From positions 806,001 to 870,000 of the forward strand of contig JADEYG010000009.1 in assembly GCA_016906335.1 (NCBI GenBank): 64,000 nt of DNA, given 5' to 3'. Of this stretch, positions 47,525-59,831 are shown piece by piece. A program made the translations under genes and the position numbers. Under the pieces are notes generated by a model. That model was given only the letters and a program-made list of their open reading frames with translations. It made no database searches and was not told the origin of the DNA. The stretch comes from Novakomyces olei. Taxonomy: Eukaryota. Within the stretch, counting starts at the first letter, position 1. Every line of letters starts with the position of its first letter.

Positions 47525-50500
47525 TTACAGCAAAGGTTTCCATCCTGCCACTGCCGTGTCATCAGTCGCATCAGAATCCATCAGATCCTTGCTTGCCCGT
47601 CTTGTTCTTGAAGGCAACGGAGGCGCTGCTGGATCTGTGTTTGCAGACGTCTCCTTTTCCACATGTCTGGCCGGTAATTCAGGTGCATGATCTTGTGCAA
47701 CATTATTGCCCTCAAAAGCAGCAATTAAATTTTTAATATTTGCCCGGGGCGAAGCTTCAGACTCCAGAGGCAGACTGCGAAGAGAAGCTGGTCGCTGCCT
47801 TCTCTCTGGCAATCCAAAAGACCCATTTGGCCGGTAGCTCTGCTGCTGGGCAGAAAGAGAAGGTAGAGAACTGGCAGAGCTTCTACTCGTTAAATTATGA
47901 TCCAAATTCCAATTCTGACGTTGATTCACTCTGGAGGCTTCAATCATTGGAGGAGCAAGCACAGGGTACTTTTGCAGTCCCTCTGGCTCTTCGTCCAGAA
48001 GGGAGGACGAAGTTGAAGAGCCATTATTGCTCTCCGCTGTGCGTACAGACCGCCTAGATGGAGGCGGTGAAGGCTTTGCTACATCAATAAGATTCTGTTT
48101 GCCCTGGGGCAAAGAGGAATTAGTTGCTTTCCCATCAACTACCGACTGTTTTAGATCGTGCTGCAGTTGCCTTTTAGCTGATGGTTTAGGCACAAAATCC
48201 GGTTCAATCGTTCTCATAAACGGATCGGAGGGTTTGCTGGGGTTTAGTATATACTTTGTATTAAAATCTTGCTCGCTTGGAGCATCCGGCAAAAGTACAC
48301 GAGCGTGCTGGCCGTTTCGCAGCCACCATCGCTCCTTATCAGAACTCGGTCGCGCCAGCTGATCGGGAGCCATACTCGTCCGGTACGTGTCAACCGTCTC
48401 CCGGCCGAGTGAAGGATCGCCGAGCCTTTTGCTCCGCTGAGTGTACAATTCCTCACTCATTTGTGCTCTCAACTTTTCGTCAATGACAACAATGTCCGCC
48501 TCGAACTCTCCATAGATAGGTTTGTGATCGGAGACAAGCAAATTTGCACAGTAATATGACAACTGCCTCAGGTTTCGACCACGATAAACAATGCGATCCG
48601 TCCACGCTGGGATCCGTTGCTTCTCCGAAGTATCGTAATTCGATGTACCAATATCGAATTTATAAGTGGGCGGGAAAGTTACGGGCAGTTCGATAAAGTA
48701 GGGGAAAACTGTGCCCGACATCATTTGCAAATTTAGCTGATCATGGTCATAGAGCAGCTTAAAGTTGCCCTTTTGTATCATATCTTTGACCGTGTCAATA
48801 TCCAGTCGCGAAATACGGTAGTTGAAATCCCCGAGCCAAATAACAGCATCATGATCGTTTATTACTCGGCCCCTTTGGAATCTGAGGCCATGGTTTATGG
48901 TGTAGTAGTCACGGTTCCTCTCATCGTAGTTACCGTACCCAGCAGCGAGATGAGCAGTGACAAAACATAAGCGAGAGGATCCATAGTCCATTCGAATTGC
49001 CACTGCTCCTTTGTTACCAGACATGCCTTTTAACCCAGTCTTTTTCACTGAACCTTCCACGTTCTTGATCATATCCAGTTTGTCCCGGCGAGAAAAGATC
49101 ATAAGCACAGCGCCCACCAGTTGTCCGGACCGGAGAAGCACGTAGTCTCCTCCAGCGGCCTTGAGGCAGTCTGCTACTGCCACCTCCCAGTACCGTCGGC
49201 GCGCAGGGTCGGTGGACATGACCTGCTGTGGCGTCAATTCTACTACTTCCTGCAGACCTATAACGTACAGCTCTGCAGTGGGAGCAGATCCACTGGGGAC
49301 CAGCCATTTTTGTAAATTTGTTTCCTCCTTACCGTTCAGATTGTACGAAGCGGCAAATATGCTTATCGCTTCATGGCGGGTAAATTTCTTGGACTGCCTA
49401 GCCAGCACTGCCATTACGTAGTCGTTGATTGGATCATAAAGCCTTACGGGGCTCTGGTTAACGAGCCTCCCCAATAGCATATCAATAGTTTGTTGACGAG
49501 ACTTGTCCTGGAAATTGTTAATGTAGGCTCGGCCTACGCTCTTTGACAGATCGTTGAGCGCTCCAGCAATACTCATTTTGCCTCTGCGCGTATGACTGGA
49601 CTTTAGGGCGCCCGTGCCCGCATATATCTTGGATAAGGCATCGCCATTATTTGCCCAAATTCCGGAGATATAGAGCCAAAACTCAGGCTGAGGAAAGATT
49701 GAACGTAAATTCAATACTTGCGCTACCACCATACGGCCAATAATGTCTTGGATAACATTTGTACGGTCCAAGCAGTCTAAACAGTTGACCCGGAAAACAC
49801 CCGTTTGCAAGGACAAGGGAGACCCATTAGCATCCTCGAGATAAAATCCAAATCTGGCAATAGAGTCAGCCAGCAGGGGTCTAATCCTTTCCGCTTGTTC
49901 AAAAGTGCGCACTTGTGCGTGGTAATCAAATTCTGTATAGAGCAATTGATCCTTCAAATCCTCAGAGATTGCAATGTTCTGACGGAAAAGTTCCGTTAAT
50001 GATTGCTCTCCGGAACTGGAGCCCAATAGATTTACAATATGAACAGGACCATACTTTGTCACGAGAGAATCAAAATGTTTAACAAAGGCAGCGTTGGTGG
50101 CCTCAATGGACCGAGTAATTTCAATTTTTTGACCAAAAAATTGCATGCCTTCTTGCTCCCAGAACACGGGGACACTTCCACGTACTTGGCAAAAGCTCAT
50201 TGTCCATTCTTTTGTCCGTAGAATCATCTCCGTCTCTACGAAATTAGACACGTTTCCATCGTCGTCGATTCCTCTCGAGTTGAAACGGGTTCCAGCGCGT
50301 CTGCAACTGAGTCGAGATATGAGAGATACAGCACACGGTACAGAACCGACATGCAAGGGAATTGTTTCAGCAAATCCGCGGATGGCACATGTAAGGAAAC
50401 GACCCTTGTCCATACGCGGCATCTCATCCTCTCGTAAATGTGAACGGAAATTTAATAATTCGTCCATCATGTATCGATTCCACATAAACTGGTCATCGAT

Positions 50501-51225
50501 ATCCGTCCATTTCTGCTCACTGCTGTCAGAAGACACGGATCTGGCAATTAGCACATAAACTCTACTGAAAAAAAAAAAAAGCACATGTCTAGGCCATGTC
50601 CATCGTTTTGCTTGTTTCTTTTTGTTTATTCCTATTTAAATAAATCAGGAGAGAGAATACCGGTGTTCGAGACGCGCAGTGAGATCAAAATCAGAGGAAA
50701 AGTAAAAGCTGCCACCGGAAACGAGCTTTCGCAAAGAAGAGCATGGGTGCTCCAAGTTTGTCGGCCGTACATGCGCAGCCGTCTCATCATCCATAGCTTC
50801 CACTTGCTCGTCAAATCCAGTAGCATTATCATACAGCGAATTATTTATACAATGAAACTCGACGCCTAAAATCCGTTCAACTCTTTCCTGTGGACGTACG
50901 ACAGCAACGCGGGAAGTATGAGTGATAACCCCGATAAAAACGTCTGCCGTCGATTAGTTTGAAAAGAACAATTAATTATGAAAAATTGAAAACGGCACTT
51001 TGCTGCCCACTTACCATTCTCAATACTGACGAGACCAAGGCAGCCGAAAATGCCCTGCGTTGGCGAGATTTGCTTGTACCGGGACGACTCAAAAGCAGAC
51101 CAGCGTAGAAACTCGGCAATGCATTGCTGCCCGCCTGATTCTTCTTGGGCCGGACGGAGAACTAGCACATCTTCACTTGTGGCCAGCGCAATGGCGCGCG
51201 GGGTTTCCCGCAGATAGCAGTGCAT
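47525..51225 (-). CDS. Synaptojanin-like inositol polyphosphate 5-phosphatase (Sac1 + 5-phosphatase), 3 exons
   Basis: RAGTRFNSRGIDD, RVNCLDCLDRTN, GNKGAV, WLGDFNYR, PTYKFD, PAWTDRI; introns 50944-51014 and 50541-50660; INP52/INP53/syj1 type. Confidence 0.93.
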
Positions 51226-51452
51226 ACTTTAAGCCATGAGAGCCAACGTGTTTCCCGCCGGACGTGTTTGCGTTGTGCTTACTATGATATATCAGCTATA
51301 CATTAGTTTTGTAAGGAGATATCAATAATAATGTGGGTGAAACTGGGCAGTGATAAATTATCGCAGTTGGCTTCCACTCATTTTCCTTTTTAATATTTAA
51401 ATTTGGACAACGAGTATAAATTCAGTATAACCAATAATATTTATTGGGTATA

Positions 51453-51516
51453 ATAACTGAGTATAACTGAGTATAACTGAGTATAACTGAGTATAACTGA
51501 GTATAACTGAGTATAA
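51453..51516. repeat. (ATAACTGAGT)6 10-bp repeat upstream of the synaptojanin gene
   Basis: Read directly. Confidence 0.95.
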
Positions 51517-52128
51517 TTTAGAATGACTGAGTATACTGCAAAGTTTAATATTTCAAGATTTACTGTTTGTAGGAGCATTCTACTTTTCGAGTGTACATCT
51601 ACGGATTGAGAGGGCATTCCGAAACCCGAGACCAATATTGTTTTTGATAAATAAAAGGACAAAATCAAACTGCCGGTCGGATGCAGTGTTATGGGTTTGC
51701 ATAGCTGTACAGCCTCCGATTATTTACTCTGAAGCATAAACAGTTATAGCAATCTGAGTAAAGTACTATGGTAACATTTGTTAAATTTACATGCGAGTAC
51801 ATTTTGGATAGGTAACGGCATTTCTTCTCTTTAGATCGCCATAAGGAGTATACACCGTTTGCAATAATTGTCACGACTTTGGTAAACTGTGTAGCAATAC
51901 CATATGCGCGTCCACGGCCTGTGGTAATCCAAGAAAAGCGAGCCAATTTTGTATTACGTGCGCCATTGGAAATAAAAAAACAACACATGCCCTGAATCTA
52001 ATTCAATTTGTGTAATATATTACAATTGCCAATTCCAAACACTCTCACTGCCTCCATTTTATGATTTTTTTTTCATTAATCGTATCTGGCGTCCATCAAT
52101 TAGAGTCCATCCAGCAGCAATGCCTCAA

Positions 52129-52466
52129 TTATACAGCAGAGATATACAAAACTACGAGTCAGCGCCGTTGCTTCAGTCAGCATACCATTATTTCCACGTA
52201 TAAACGCATCGCCGTACGAGCCAATCTCTTTTCCATTCACAAATTCTTGCGTTTGCTCTAAAGCTAGATTCATGTACCCGTCCAAGCATGTCAGGACACC
52301 TGCAGTAATAATTAGGCTTGCGCTCAAATTCAATGAAAATGGCATTACCGGTATAATCGACGCCAGAGTTCAGCCGTACACGCACCTGCTGACCCACGAT
52401 CCGTCGCAGAAACTCTGCTGGGCCACCAGCGGCCGCAGACGTACCATTTTCCTCGTCAGAAGCCAT
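52129..52466 (-). CDS. LSM6: U6 snRNA-associated Sm-like protein Lsm6 (3 exons)
   Basis: FL..IVGQQV.VRLNSGVDY.G|VL.CLDGYMNLALEQT.E..YGDAFIRGNN|VLYIS; introns 52300-52348 and 52152-52185. Confidence 0.95.
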
Positions 52467-52624
52467 GTGTGAATGAGTGCCAGACTTGTATTTTGACTTT
52501 ATGCTATTTACTTGTGCAAGAACTAGATATATTATAATTTATTTCGTTATAATTTATTTTACAACTTTTTATCAAACTACCGACTCTTTTTAATTATATA
52601 TTCTGATCAGTCAGCGCAGACGGC

Positions 52625-55348
52625 ATGAGCGCGCTTCGAGGCATTAATGGTATCTCAATGTATCCCAATTGCAAATATTTACCTTTCAAAGACGCTCTAC
52701 AAAACGGTTCATTTAAACTTGCCTTGACGCTGTGCTCAAAAGCGTTAAAAAGACAGCCCAAGTCACCGTCTGTGCTGGTAAGCTCTGAATTGTGCTTTGG
52801 TATTCGATGTGCTAACAGACTCTGAGGCATTGCAAGCTTTAGCGCTTCATCGCAGTGGCAAAGCCGATCAGGCATGTGCACAGTTTTCAGTACTGACAGA
52901 GTTCGCAAAGGATACCGTGGTCCTCGACGCTTTACAGCAATACTATGAAGACCTGAAAGACTGCAAGTTGGATATAATTTAGCATGATCTAATTCCTGTC
53001 TGTAGACGCGAGTCTTTGCCGTACTTTTGAAGCTGCGTGCAACGAGTCCGATAAAATTACTGTGGAGCCACTTGCGAGAGAATGGTTCTTCGCAATGTGC
53101 CGATACGAATACCTGCCGGGCATGCAAAAGGTACGTAGTGTTCGCTGCGAGTTCAATCGCTTACAGACAGGCGGCCGTTTACTTGCAAAGAAACTGCAAA
53201 CAGAATGCCTACGTCTACTGGTACCTGCTATCGCTGCTTCTCAATGCTGTAAGTTTACGTATTTTATGTCGGAATCCAGTCTAAACTCAATTTTGGTACT
53301 AGAAAAAAACACAAAATACTGGAGAGCAGACGCTTCAAAGCTCGCTAGCAGAGAAAATGGCACAGAGGCTTGTGGACTCGAATCAAGTATCTACAGCGGA
53401 ACAGTTTCATCTTGTACTGGATACTTTTTTATTCCGCAACTTGAACGAACAGTCTCTCAGTCTACTGGAACACGATGCCTATCAGTCCCTGGTTATGAGC
53501 GATGTCGACTTGATTCGTAGCCGAATTGATCTTTTGATTAGTCTTGAAAAATGGCCAGAACTCGTCAGTTTTTGCTCGCGTCTCGTGAACTCAAACGAGC
53601 TGTTTGATTACAAGAGTCTCCAGGGATGGTTGACGGGGTTACAAAAACAAAAAGCAAAAGATCCTTCATATTTTGAACAAGAGGCCAACAAATTTGTATC
53701 ATTTCTTAAAGATCGTAAGGATCGGAACAGTGTACTAGTTTACGCTGAAGTTTTATCCAACCCGGTATTTGGACCGGTCCAAGGTCCGCAGGGACTTTTC
53801 CATGTTTTCAATCATTTATCATCAAAAGCCTGCTGTTTTGAAGACATTCATTCCCTGTCGGATCGTTTCCCGCTGCCAGAAGAATCTTTTCACGGCTTTA
53901 TACGCGAAATTGGGCTCCGGTACTTGGATGGAGATATGACGACGCGGATAAATATATTGAAATTGGAAATATGTTATTCTACGAAGCAAGAATCAGAGTT
54001 TGTGACCAGCATTTTGTGCAGGGCCAGCGATCTATACTTTACAAGCGCTGAAAAAGACGATAGCTCTGCTGGAGATGACGCACTTTTAATAGTTGTTTAT
54101 TGTATATTGTACGCTACCAAGCTCTCAAACTCTGGACTACGGGAAGCGCTGGCTTGGTTGGAGTACGGAATCCAGCAAAATGGTCACAATTACCACTTTA
54201 AACTCGTTGCTCTGATACTTTACAAGAGACTAGGGTGCTTTGACAAGGTATTGCAGCTTTACGCGGCTTTAAATGTAGGGCAAATACAGATCGATACAGT
54301 TTCGCACTACGCTCTTAGCGAAATCTCCCGACTCTATCCTTGTCCCCGACAGCAACATGCTTTACTCCTGCTTCGGCATTCGACTGACTATTATACAGAA
54401 GCCGGCGGAGAGATGATGGAAATGTTACGTCTTGCCTTTGAGAACGGGGCTTTTTCTCAAGTCGAAGGCTTCTTCCAGTTTAAGGACAGACTCGATCGCA
54501 GTGTGTGGCTGGAATCAGTCCAGACTGAATACGGGTTTTCCCGCGAAAGTTCGAGAGAAAGCGGCCGACTTACTGGGCCAGTAAAGCTCAATACTGATGC
54601 TGAATCGGATCCTGCACTGCTTTCTGATAATCGCGATTACAGTTTGATTCCACAGTTTTATGGGTGGTCGGGTAATGTAAAGCAATACTTGTCTGACGAT
54701 TTGCGGGTCGATGTGTACCGAGTAAGGGTACGTACCTTAGGCGCAAATGTGCGATTTGCTCTGCGTTCAGGTAGACTTGATGCAGTCTTGCCAGTAGTTG
54801 CATCAATAGAAGGTTTACAAGACCAATTAAAAGGGCCGGACTTGGTAGAGGCGCTCTTTTTAAAGGCTATATGCCAATTGGCCTGCACAAGTCTAGGAGA
54901 CAAGGGGAAAGACGGATTGGGTAAAGCTGCTGACGGGTCTGACTTTTTGGATGAGCTTAAAAGACTTTACCAGTCTCTCACTGAAACCAGCCAGCCACTA
55001 CCAATTTACAATAAAATGCAGCTTAAAGCGTGTAATACGAGCATGGACTTGAATCTTCTTGCATTTAATCAGTTCTTAACGGGCCAAACGTCTCGACCAG
55101 CTGCTCGGGACTTGCAAGCGCGTCTACGTCGGCAATTTAAAGATGTTCAAGAGCAAGTGAATGCAATATTGATCGATTCACTTCACGCAGCAGTCGGTGA
55201 AGAATGCAAAAGTCTGGACCTGGGCCAGGAAAGTGCTCAACGGCTTTTGCTTGTGCCCGCAGCCTTTCGGCAAAATGTATACGAGTCCATCGAAAGCAGC
55301 CAAGCGCGGACGCTTGAGGGTTTTTCCAGGCTTTCGCTTGGACTGTAA
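52625..55348 (+). CDS. MDM20: NatB auxiliary subunit Naa25/Mdm20 (several short 5' exons)
   Basis: N-terminal DALQNG.FK.AL..C.K.LK.QP; SKACCFEDI; LEYG...NYHFKL..LY..LG..Y..LNV.QIQIDT; AFENGAFSQ; exon boundaries before 53357 approximate. Confidence 0.85.
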
Positions 55349-55664
55349 AGTAATGATCTAATAGAAGTTTATACCTGTATAAATCAATTTAAGCACTGCA
55401 CACATTTAATCTCGGTTTGGACGCATTGAATATCGTTTTGGTTACAATTATTGTCCCAATTAATGCCCGTCTTTGGTCTTAGTACGTTTAAAAAATACCA
55501 ATAAAACTGATTAGACCTAAAAATCATCCATTATGTTATAGGAAGCAAATTAATGTATATTTATTAACAATAATTGTCAAGTATTGTACAATATCTGATC
55601 TACGCTTTGTTTATCTACAAATTCAGCTTATTATACTGCGATTCGCAAATGACGGCAATCATCG

Positions 55665-56987
55665 ATGACTGAGCAGGTCGACGATGAAATCAGCTTTTTC
55701 AAGCGCAAAGATCGAGTCGCAGCAGCACCACATAACAGAGAAAGAGATGTAGTGGCAAAAAAGCAGTCAAAGCGTGTGCATATTGGGGAAAAAGAGGACG
55801 AGGATTTGAAAGAGTTAGGTCGATTGCGAATGTGAGCGCACTGCTTCTTTTGCCTCTCTGCTAAACACTCAGGGTCTCAAATTCGATATCATTGGTAAGC
55901 GATGACGACGATCAAGACGGCGGCGTGGCTGGCGAGGTGGAAGAGCTTTTAGATTCTGAGAGCAATGGTGAAATAGTTGAAATCGAGTCAGAGGACAGGC
56001 CAGTAGGGCGCCACCAGCGCAAACGCAGTATCAGCCTGACGCCGCCGCCAGGCGAGCCTTTGCGCAGAGTGCAAATATACACAGACGAAGAGTAAGATAT
56101 ACAGTACTGCCAGTGTGGGCAAGACTGATTATGTAGAAAACAGGGCGCAAGAAGGAAAAGAAAGCCTTCCCCAGCGCGTGAAACAAAGCACGCTGAAGAG
56201 AGGGTTGAGGATAAGGTTAAATTGGCGATTCGACGATCAGCGTTATTGCCGTACCAGCATTTGCCCACTGTTGAGGACGTTTTTCACGTTACTATAAGTT
56301 CTTCTACACGCATGGAGCACGCGTTGGCCTGTTTTTTAAAGGACAACTCCAATACCACCGCCGGATCAGGGTACTTTCTCGTATACAATGGAAGAAAAGT
56401 GTTCAGTTCGACGGCTCCAAAATTTTTGAACATGCAGGCGGGCGACACCCCCTACGATCTTGGTAAGTGTTTTGTGGCCACTAAATTGAATAATCAATAA
56501 ATTGGTGTAAAACGTGTATTGATTTATTGTTTGCTTGCTAATTATTTGCTTGTTGATGCTTTATTTATTCTACTTTTTAGCAAAGAAACAATTCTGATTA
56601 CCAGAGGTCCATGATGCGACGTCTTACGCGGCTTTTATGAGCGCAAAAGAGCAACGGCAAAAACAACTTTTGGAAAATGCGGAGCAAGATGAGTTTAACG
56701 CAGACAGGGCAGAGTTGGGTACAGACGAAATAGAAAAAGAATTGGATTATGGTGGGCCATATATTAATTTGCGCATTCGCCACCGTGATATGGAGGATTT
56801 TTGTGCACAAGTCAAGCCGAGCACTGTGTTTTCTAAAGTCTATGATTCGGTGAGAAATCATCACCAAATCGATGTGGCCAAGACTATGCGACTCGTATTC
56901 GAAGGCGAAACAATCGGCCCTTCAGATACCGCAACTGACTTGGAATTGGAGGATGGGGATATGATTGAGCTGTTGGTGTCGGACTGA
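55665..56987 (+). CDS. Rad60/Esc2-family tandem SUMO-like domain protein (4 exons)
   Basis: N-terminal DDEISFF, SLTPPP; SLD1 LVYNGRKVF; SLD2 RLVFEGETI.P.DT..DLELEDGDMIE; GT-AG introns join the ORF fragments in frame. Confidence 0.85.
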
Positions 56988-57205
56988 TGTAGTATATTTA
57001 TTCCATATCAGCAAGGTCGGTATTGTCCATTCAACGCTTATACACGCTTACTCCCGTTACCGCCCATAGTTATTTAGGCTTTAGTGAAAAGCACTTGGCT
57101 ATATATATTGAATAAACTTTATATTTACTCGCATAATTGAGATCCTGGTGGATTGTGCTCTTTCATTTATTCTACTGTATAGCGAGTCCAATAATATGTT
57201 TATAT

Positions 57206-57243
<38 letters not shown>

Positions 57244-57326
57244 TTAATTAATTAATTAATTACTTTATTTATTTACCGCCACCACGCTGCCAACTATGGT
57301 TCCTGTTTGAAGCTTATTGCTTGAGC

Positions 57327-57812
57327 ATGTCTGGTCATGAAGTCCAGCCGCCCACGCTGGAAGATTTGGAGAAAGCTCGGGAGCTAACGCTGCCCGATCT
57401 TGATGATATGCAGCAATGGACAATCCCTGATTCGCCTGTTTTGAACTCTGCGGAAAAGGAGGCAGAGTACGAGACACGAGCGGCACGCGTCGCACACTAC
57501 CTGGAACTAAAGCAAAAAGGCATAAACCTTAATGACAAACTAGCAGCGTCTTTGGCATTCAGCAATCCGGGCTTGACGGATATGATGGCTGCTCGTCTCG
57601 GTATCGACGATCGTGCTGTAGAGCCGAGCATTTATGACGCAGAGCAGTTTCCACCAGAGGCGTATGCCCAAAACATTGGCAAGCAACGTAACCTGACAAG
57701 CATTTATTAATGTGGAATAGAACGGCAGCAGGAAAAAGCCATGGTAAATCGGATACAGCGGCAGAGCCAGCCACGTGCATCCGTCGGGTTTACAAGGGCA
57801 CGAAAAATTTAG
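57327..57812 (+). CDS. HCNGP/SAP30BP-like protein (2 exons, GC-AG intron)
   Basis: YLELKQKG..LN..L..S.AFSNP...M...GID, FP.EAY; intron 57679-57720 restores the tail ERQQEK..RASVGF. Confidence 0.8.
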
Positions 57813-58195
57813 GAGAGTTTGGGTCAGTCTTGGCGTGCTTTTACAGTGTAAAACAGACTTGAATGAATCAATATAGTCCCACAGATTGGGTTATGGTCAA
57901 ACGAGATTACAATATTAGTTCAATTGACGGCCTTACGTCCCGCACTTTTCTACCGAAGCATTGCCAAACTGTAGGCGTGAACCCTACAATATGCAATCCT
58001 GATTGCATGGCCATTAGATTAGAGGACTCTGCTATATTTGTATTTATCTATATTTATTAATATTTATCTATCTATTTATCTATACATCTACATATTACAG
58101 CACTAAGGCTGAGGACTGAGCCGTGTCTCACACTGTAGACTCGTACCATTGAATGCTTTACTCCCTATGAAAAGACGCCGACATCAACGAATAAG

Positions 58196-58653
58196 TTATG
58201 CTTTGCCAGTACAATCGCACTCTTTATCCTGTACCGCGACGCCCCCCATACGTTTTGCCGCAGCGGCGATTGCGCGTGCCAGTCTGCCGTCCTTGTCCGT
58301 AATCTGATCACCCGCCGAATGGGTGTGTAACCGTACGTCCACGACATTGAACACGTTTGTCCACTCTGGATGATGATTGAGCTTTTCCGCTAAAATGTGA
58401 GTCGAAATCTCGACGGTGAGGACGTACCACGAAGAGCAACGATGCTCATAAACGCCCACGCTTCGGAAAAGCGGGGAAAACGCAATCGCGTTACTAAGCT
58501 AGAGCCCTGCCTCACGAAAACGTGTCCATGCTCTTTTTCCAAGTCTGCAAGGAGAGCTTGCACGTCTGTACTGTTCAAGACAACAGCATTGCTTGCAAAT
58601 CTTTTGAGTATAGCGCTACGGTGTCCCACAACTCGCGGCCAATGGCCCAACAT
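58196..58653 (-). CDS. Pterin-4-alpha-carbinolamine dehydratase with probable mitochondrial presequence (2 exons)
   Basis: [29 protein letters not shown]...L.TH...ITDKD; intron 58390-58427. Confidence 0.92.
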
Positions 58654-58733
58654 GCTACAAGCGGGAACGCGTCAAGTATTAATTATATGTAGTCTTTGTA
58701 TATATAATATTACTGTGTAGGTATTTGTGGTAT

Positions 58734-58911
58734 TTATTAATTAATTATTAATTATAATTATTATTTATTATTTATTATTTATTATTTATTATTTATTATT
58801 TATTCAATTATTCATTCATTTATTCATTTATTCATTTATTCATTTATTCATTTATTCATTTATTCATTTATTCATTTATTCATTTATTCATTTATTCATT
58901 TATTTATTTAT
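58734..58911. repeat. AT-rich compound array (TTATTAT)n/(TTCATTTA)n
   Basis: Read directly. Confidence 0.92.
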
Positions 58912-58931
58912 TAGCCACGCTGACAATAATC

Positions 58932-59831
58932 TTACATGCGCCACGACTGCCAGACGGCCCACAAAGGCGAAAGAGCAGTCATATCGTACAGCACGCACCC
59001 AACGATCCCACCAATGAACGGAACAAAGGTAGGAACGAGGGCATACATGCCATCGCCACTCCCACCAGTCCAGCCGGATGCTCCAAACACCATAACTGCC
59101 ACTATTCGTGGCCCCAAATCGCGTACTGTATTGATAGCATACCCAGTCAGCATACCAAAACTCGTACCGATGGCCATTACAAGGAACACTAGCGCCAGCG
59201 CTACTGCCCCGGGAGTTTTCGTTAGTCCAGCACGTTTGTCCGTCACTGCCATTACCCCCACCAGTAGGACCATTGTGCCCACTAACTCTGACGTAACCTG
59301 TCCACCCCGGTCCAAACCGTCCATAGGCGAAGTGTAAAAGACACGGGCACTGTCTGCCTGTAGCATGAGAGGGGCATAATACCAGTAAACGGCAGCGCCA
59401 CCTAGAATGCCGCCCGTTATTTGAGCCAACATATAAAAAGGCAGCCTTCGCCAGGGAAATGATCGGAATATACACATACAAAGTGTGACTACTGGATTCA
59501 AATGGCCTCCAGACACGGGGCCAGCTATTATTGCCCCTAGTCCAACTCCAATTCCCCAGGCCCAAAGACCAGCAATTTCAGCAGAAGCTCGTTCTGGTCC
59601 AGTGGAAAAGTAGGTGCGTGCTGCACTGCCGTCCCCGAGCATTACGAGTAACATAACACCCAGCATTTCCGCCAGCATAACGGCCAATATTGAAGGCGGA
59701 GACTTTTCTGGCTCATCTGTTGAGGGCAAATTGTTACTGCCCTCATGTCCAGCTTCTTCATCTCCGATTGCTTGAGCCATTGTGTGCCTTGCTCGCTCCA
59801 ACATCTCAAAAACTTGGGGCATCCCCGCCAT
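58932..59831 (-). CDS. Aquaglyceroporin (MIP family)
   Basis: AEMLG, SGGHLNPVVT, AQITG, ELVGT, GYAINTVRDLGPR (Asp after Arg, GlpF type). Confidence 0.92.
   Translation of the reverse strand: MAGMPQVFEMLERARHTMAQAIGDEEAGHEGSNNLPSTDEPEKSPPSILAVMLAEMLGVMLLVMLGDGSAARTYFSTGPERASAEIAGLWAWGIGVGLGAIIAGPVSGGHLNPVVTLCMCIFRSFPWRRLPFYMLAQITGGILGGAAVYWYYAPLMLQADSARVFYTSPMDGLDRGGQVTSELVGTMVLLVGVMAVTDKRAGLTKTPGAVALALVFLVMAIGTSFGMLTGYAINTVRDLGPRIVAVMVFGASGWTGGSGDGMYALVPTFVPFIGGIVGCVLYDMTALSPLWAVWQSWRM

Noticed and set aside
58900..59565. 221-aa alternative-frame ORF over the aquaglyceroporin
   Set aside because: Non-ATG start, no motif; GC-rich frame shadow
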